Source: a bacterium
GTDB lineage: Bacteria > Hinthialibacterota > Hinthialibacteria > Hinthialibacterales > Hinthialibacteraceae
Direction of reading: 5' to 3'
DNA: 64,000 nt
Assembly: GCA_963662285.2 (NCBI GenBank)
Contig: CAXXMV010000001.1
Location: forward strand, 928,001 to 992,000
In this document: piece by piece, positions 60,260 to 64,000 of the stretch
Position numbering within the stretch: the stretch's first letter is position 1
Layout: each line of letters opens with the position of its first letter
The notes under the pieces: generated by a model
Told to the model about the DNA's origin: nothing
The model's input: only the letters and a program-made list of their open reading frames with translations
The model's database searches: none
Position numbers and translations under genes: made by a program

Positions 60260-61036
60260 TTACACTCTAGCCAATCCACGTTCAGAGCGATTAATAAAGT
60301 CGATCATATACTGCACTTCAGGAACATCCGGCATCTCTTCCTGTAACACTTGTATGGCCTTTTGCTCTGAAAGTTTGGAACGCATAATAATCTTGTAAGC
60401 CCGTTTCAGATTAGATATACGTTCTGGAGAATAATTATTTCTTTTAAGCCCGACGCTATTAACGCATCGCGATTTGCACGGGTTGCCGCCGCAAGTAGTA
60501 TAAGGTAAAACATCCTGCCGCACCGCTGAACCACCGCCGATAATTGAATTGCGTCCGATATGAACAAACTGGTGGATGCCGACAATGCCGCCAATAATGG
60601 CATGCTCTTCTACATGGATATGTCCGGCCAATCCCGCATGACTGGCCATAATAACCCGGTCTTCCAAGAAACAATTATGAGCGATATGGCAGTAAGACAT
60701 TACCAAGCAATTACTGCCTACCGTAGTAGCTTCACCCTCATAGGTGCCCCGATTAATTGTTGCATATTCACGGATAGTAGTATTATCGCCGATGATGACA
60801 TAACTCTCATCGCCGCGGAATTTCAAGTCCTGTGGGTCGCTGCCGAGTACAGCGCCATGTTCGATGCGGCATTTACGCCCTATGCTGGTCCATCCTTCGA
60901 TGACGACATGTGATCCGATGACAGTTCCATCACCGATTTTCACATTCTCCCCAATAACAGCATAAGGTTTCACTTCAACATTTTCACCCAGTTCAGCGCG
61001 AGGGTGGACGCTAGCGTTATTGGAGACCAGAGACAT
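60260..61036 (-). CDS. lpxA: UDP-N-acetylglucosamine acyltransferase
   Basis: Hexapeptide repeats, PQDLKF, IREYATINRGT, HIAHNC, HQFVHIG. Confidence 0.95.
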   Translation of the reverse strand: MSLVSNNASVHPRAELGENVEVKPYAVIGENVKIGDGTVIGSHVVIEGWTSIGRKCRIEHGAVLGSDPQDLKFRGDESYVIIGDNTTIREYATINRGTYEGEATTVGSNCLVMSYCHIAHNCFLEDRVIMASHAGLAGHIHVEEHAIIGGIVGIHQFVHIGRNSIIGGGSAVRQDVLPYTTCGGNPCKSRCVNSVGLKRNNYSPERISNLKRAYKIIMRSKLSEQKAIQVLQEEMPDVPEVQYMIDFINRSERGLARV

Positions 61037-61166
61037 TTATTTTCTTCGTCTTTCTATTTCAGAGTTACTGATATGCATCAACAACTTATCTTACATCTAG
61101 TATAATACCACAGTATTGAAATTATGTTCTGATTTTTTTTCAATTCATATAATATTATTTAGTGGA

Positions 61167-62459
61167 TTATTCACCAAGAGTAAAGAACAAATTAGCTTCG
61201 GCAACCAAGTTGCCATCAACATGAATAGTGCTCTCTACTCTACCAGCTTTTTTTCGCATTTTAAGAATCTTGGTTTCAATCACAAGCTGATCGCCTGGTA
61301 CTGCCTTCCGCCGTATTTTTGCTTGATCAACTCCAACAAGGTAAGCCGTCTTGCCGCGATTCTGATCCAAAGAGAGCAACAGCACGCCCCCGGCTTGAGC
61401 CATAGTCTCAATCAGTAATACGCCGGGCATAACAGGTTCATCAGGAAAATGGCCATTAAAAAATTCTTCATTGCTGGTTACGTTTTTTATAGCCTTCACA
61501 GACATATTAGAATAATCGATATCAATAACTCGATCAATCAAAAGAAAAGGATATCGATGAGGTAATATTCGCCGGATTTCTTCAGTTCCAATCGGGAGAT
61601 TCGGTATTCCGCCGCTATTGCCATTGACTGAGTTTAATACTTTCTGCACAAAACGAATATTAAAGGCATGTCCAGAACGAACAGCAATTATATGACCCTT
61701 AATCGGTTTGCCCAACAAAGCCAGGTCGCCCATGACATCAAGAATTTTATGGCGCACAATTTCATCTTCAAAACGTAATTCTTTATTAAGAAAATCGTGC
61801 TCACCAATTACGATTGCGTTTTCAAGACTGCCGCCTTTAATCTTGCCCTGCTGTCGAAGCACATCAACGTCCTTCAAGAAACAGAAAGTCCGGGCAGGAG
61901 CAATTTTCTTTTCAAAAGTTTCTTCATTAATAAGAAAAGAAGCAGATCTAATTCCAACAGCTGGATGATCGTAATCAATTTTATAGGTTATTTCTAATCT
62001 TGGAGAGGGGATAATAGCCAATTCAAGACCATTCTCGTATAACCAGATAGGTTCTTTAACCTCAATAAACTGCCTGGGGCGATCTTGCGTAACAAAGCCT
62101 ACCTTTTTGATAGCTTCAACAAAAGGCAGCGCGCTGCCATCGCATATAGGAGGTTCACTGGAAGAAATTTCCAGCACAATGTTATCAATCCCCATCCCGA
62201 TACAAGCAGCCAAGACATGTTCAACAGTTTTAATCTCGGTTTTACCAACGCCCAATTGAGTCAGAAAAAGAGATTCTTCTAAAACCGCATTTTCCGCCTT
62301 TACTTCAATTTCAGGTTTATCAGGTAAATCATCTCGAACAAATCGTATTCCTGTGTCGGCTTCAGCAGGCTTAAAGGTTATAGTGGTTTCCTGGCCGGTA
62401 TGAACGCCAACGCCACTTATACTTATTTCTCCTGCTATCGTTTTTTGATACTCAACCAT
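61167..62459 (-). CDS. lpxC-fabZ: Bifunctional LpxC/FabZ
   Basis: GVGVHTG, TVEHVLA, ARTF, RHKILD; then LPHRYPFLLIDRV, GHFP..PVMPGVL. Confidence 0.95.
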   Translation of the reverse strand: MVEYQKTIAGEISISGVGVHTGQETTITFKPAEADTGIRFVRDDLPDKPEIEVKAENAVLEESLFLTQLGVGKTEIKTVEHVLAACIGMGIDNIVLEISSSEPPICDGSALPFVEAIKKVGFVTQDRPRQFIEVKEPIWLYENGLELAIIPSPRLEITYKIDYDHPAVGIRSASFLINEETFEKKIAPARTFCFLKDVDVLRQQGKIKGGSLENAIVIGEHDFLNKELRFEDEIVRHKILDVMGDLALLGKPIKGHIIAVRSGHAFNIRFVQKVLNSVNGNSGGIPNLPIGTEEIRRILPHRYPFLLIDRVIDIDYSNMSVKAIKNVTSNEEFFNGHFPDEPVMPGVLLIETMAQAGGVLLLSLDQNRGKTAYLVGVDQAKIRRKAVPGDQLVIETKILKMRKKAGRVESTIHVDGNLVAEANLFFTLGE

Positions 62460-62461
62460 AA

Positions 62462-63460
62462 TTACTCCGAATTTGATAATTGATCTTCTAGTACTTGAAT
62501 TTTCCCAAACAATTTGGGAATTCTTGCTATATTAGCCTTGAGTCTTTTTTCTTTAGTATGAGGTTGAGCCGGGACGCCCCAATAATCAGCGTTTTCGGGT
62601 ACATCCCCAACAATCACGCTCTTAGCGCCTATCCGGGCGTCTTTGCTAATGGTAACGCCAGAGGAGATTACCACTTGTCCTGCCACAGTGACGCTCTCTT
62701 CCATTGTGACATGATCACAAATAGTAACCTGAGCAACAATTATACAATGCGGTCCAATCGTTGTTCCCGATCCTACCTGAACCAAATTGTCGATTTTTGT
62801 TCCTTCGCAAATAACTGTCGGAGATTCACTAATTCCTGAAACTACTACATTCGCCCCGATTTCAATATCATTTTTCAAGGTTACCGGTGGGACGCTGCCT
62901 AAAGGAGATTCGAGACCGACTGGACCTATACGGCAGCCAGCGTGCAAAATAGTCCGGTCGCCAACCACGCAACCAGCATAGATCGACACGTAGGGATAAA
63001 GTATTACATCGTCTCCAATAACTGATCCCCGCCCTATATAAACCCCCGGATAGAGAATGGATCGATCTCCGATTACAACGCCCTCTTCTACAATCGCATG
63101 GGGCATTATTGTAATATCTTGCCCCAGTTGGACATCCTTGTCTACCTGACTTGAAGGGTGGACTCCACCTGACAATTTACGTTTATCTTTATGAAAAAGA
63201 TAAAGCGCCTGCGTAAATGTAAGATATGGATTAACAGATCTAATTACTGGTCGAAAATTAGTTTCCAGATCTTTCGGAACAATCATTGCTGAGGCTTGGC
63301 ACTGAGAAATCTTAGAAACATATTTTGGATTGGCTACAAAAGAAATTTCTCCCTCTTTAGCCGAAGTAATTTCTGCAACTCCTGATATTTGTATTGATCC
63401 GTCGCCTTCAAAAGGCGTTCCGAGTTTTTCGCATAATTTTTCTAATGAATATGTCGGCAC
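62462..63460 (-). CDS. lpxD: LpxD-like acyltransferase, catalytic His apparently absent
   Basis: N-domain ISFVANPKY, NPYLTF; hexapeptide repeats; TKIDNLVQ; WGVPAQP; position in skp-lpxD-lpxC/fabZ-lpxA. Confidence 0.8.
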   Translation of the reverse strand: MPTYSLEKLCEKLGTPFEGDGSIQISGVAEITSAKEGEISFVANPKYVSKISQCQASAMIVPKDLETNFRPVIRSVNPYLTFTQALYLFHKDKRKLSGGVHPSSQVDKDVQLGQDITIMPHAIVEEGVVIGDRSILYPGVYIGRGSVIGDDVILYPYVSIYAGCVVGDRTILHAGCRIGPVGLESPLGSVPPVTLKNDIEIGANVVVSGISESPTVICEGTKIDNLVQVGSGTTIGPHCIIVAQVTICDHVTMEESVTVAGQVVISSGVTISKDARIGAKSVIVGDVPENADYWGVPAQPHTKEKRLKANIARIPKLFGKIQVLEDQLSNSE

Positions 63461-63631
63461 CGATACTACGTCCCTTCAAATTAGTTGACAATGTCTTTTG
63501 TAAGGCGCTCCATCAATCTTTGAGTAGTTAGCAAAATAATATTAAGTTGAGCGTTTCAAAAAAGAGATTAAAATTTGACTTTCTTGAAGGCGAGGTTTTC
63601 CTAAAAAACCTGCATATTATGAAAACCACTT

Positions 63632-63746
63632 TAGAATAGTTGTCATAATAATATTCTGTTTGGCGTTTCTAAAAAGTCAGACAAGATTGTCTTTTTAGAA
63701 GACCAAAGGTAATAATGGACGAACTTTTTTTTTGATAATCGCTCTA
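63632..63746 (+). mobile_element. Miniature inverted-repeat element (MITE-like), copy 3
   Basis: TAGAATAGTTGTCATAATAATATTCTG...TTTTGATAATCGCTCTA, colinear with the reverse complement of copy 1. Confidence 0.75.
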
Positions 63747-63836
63747 GTCAACCACAATGATATTTCAATGAATCACCCGCTAGCATACTACCGACAATTC
63801 GTTCATTCTTCTACAATGAAACAATACATTAATTCA

Positions 63837-64000
63837 TTATTTTTTATTTAATCGCTTCAAAACCTCACTGCTGATATTGAATTTTTCATCGGCGAAGAAA
63901 ATATTTCGCCGTTTAAAGATGAAGGAATAGTTCCCTTCTTTAGCAACCGCTTCAACAACTACTTTCAACTCCTGTTCTAATGGAGCGAGTTTTTCTTCAC
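63837..64000 (-). CDS. skp: OmpH/Skp periplasmic chaperone, C-terminal part (partial)
   Basis: Manual translation EEKLAPLEQELKVVVEAVAKEGNYSFIFKRRNIFFADEKFNISSEVLKRLNKK*; directly upstream of lpxD. Confidence 0.8.
   Translation of the reverse strand, partial: EEKLAPLEQELKVVVEAVAKEGNYSFIFKRRNIFFADEKFNISSEVLKRLNKK

Noticed and set aside
61167-62459. LpxC-FabZ fusion as a novelty
   Set aside because: A well-known fusion in Bacteroidota and several other diderm phyla.

Overview
A 64-kb, gene-dense, moderately AT-rich chromosomal segment of a diderm (lipid A-making) bacterium. It carries mostly housekeeping and envelope genes: an RND efflux operon with TetR, xylA, gmhA-like/ROK, bcp, moeB, hpf-ptsN-hprK-ptsH-ptsI, argG, glcD, pcm, an NtrC-type regulator, serS and skp-lpxD-lpxC/fabZ-lpxA. 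These are mixed with many large secreted or membrane proteins of unknown function. I saw no tRNA, rRNA, CRISPR-Cas, transposase or phage genes. The style of the secreted proteins and the solo prepilin gene recall OLB16/Hinthialibacterota- or Sumerlaeota-like candidate lineages, but this is an impression only. Most notable: (1) an orphan, basic ~553-aa protein that appears to join a sigma70-region-2/sigma-finger-like N-terminus, four degenerate mTERF-like helical repeats and a C-terminal winged helix; (2) a ~114-bp TA-flanked miniature inverted-repeat family (3 full copies plus relatives) whose internal hairpin shows compensatory base changes; (3) several apparent pseudo-enzymes, including an LpxD lacking its catalytic His and a histidine kinase lacking ATP-binding boxes; (4) two SAM methyltransferases with signal-peptide-like N-termini; (5) three REP-type palindrome families, including a 67-bp tandem array and a nested REP doublet. 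All family calls are by-eye motif recognition, not database hits.
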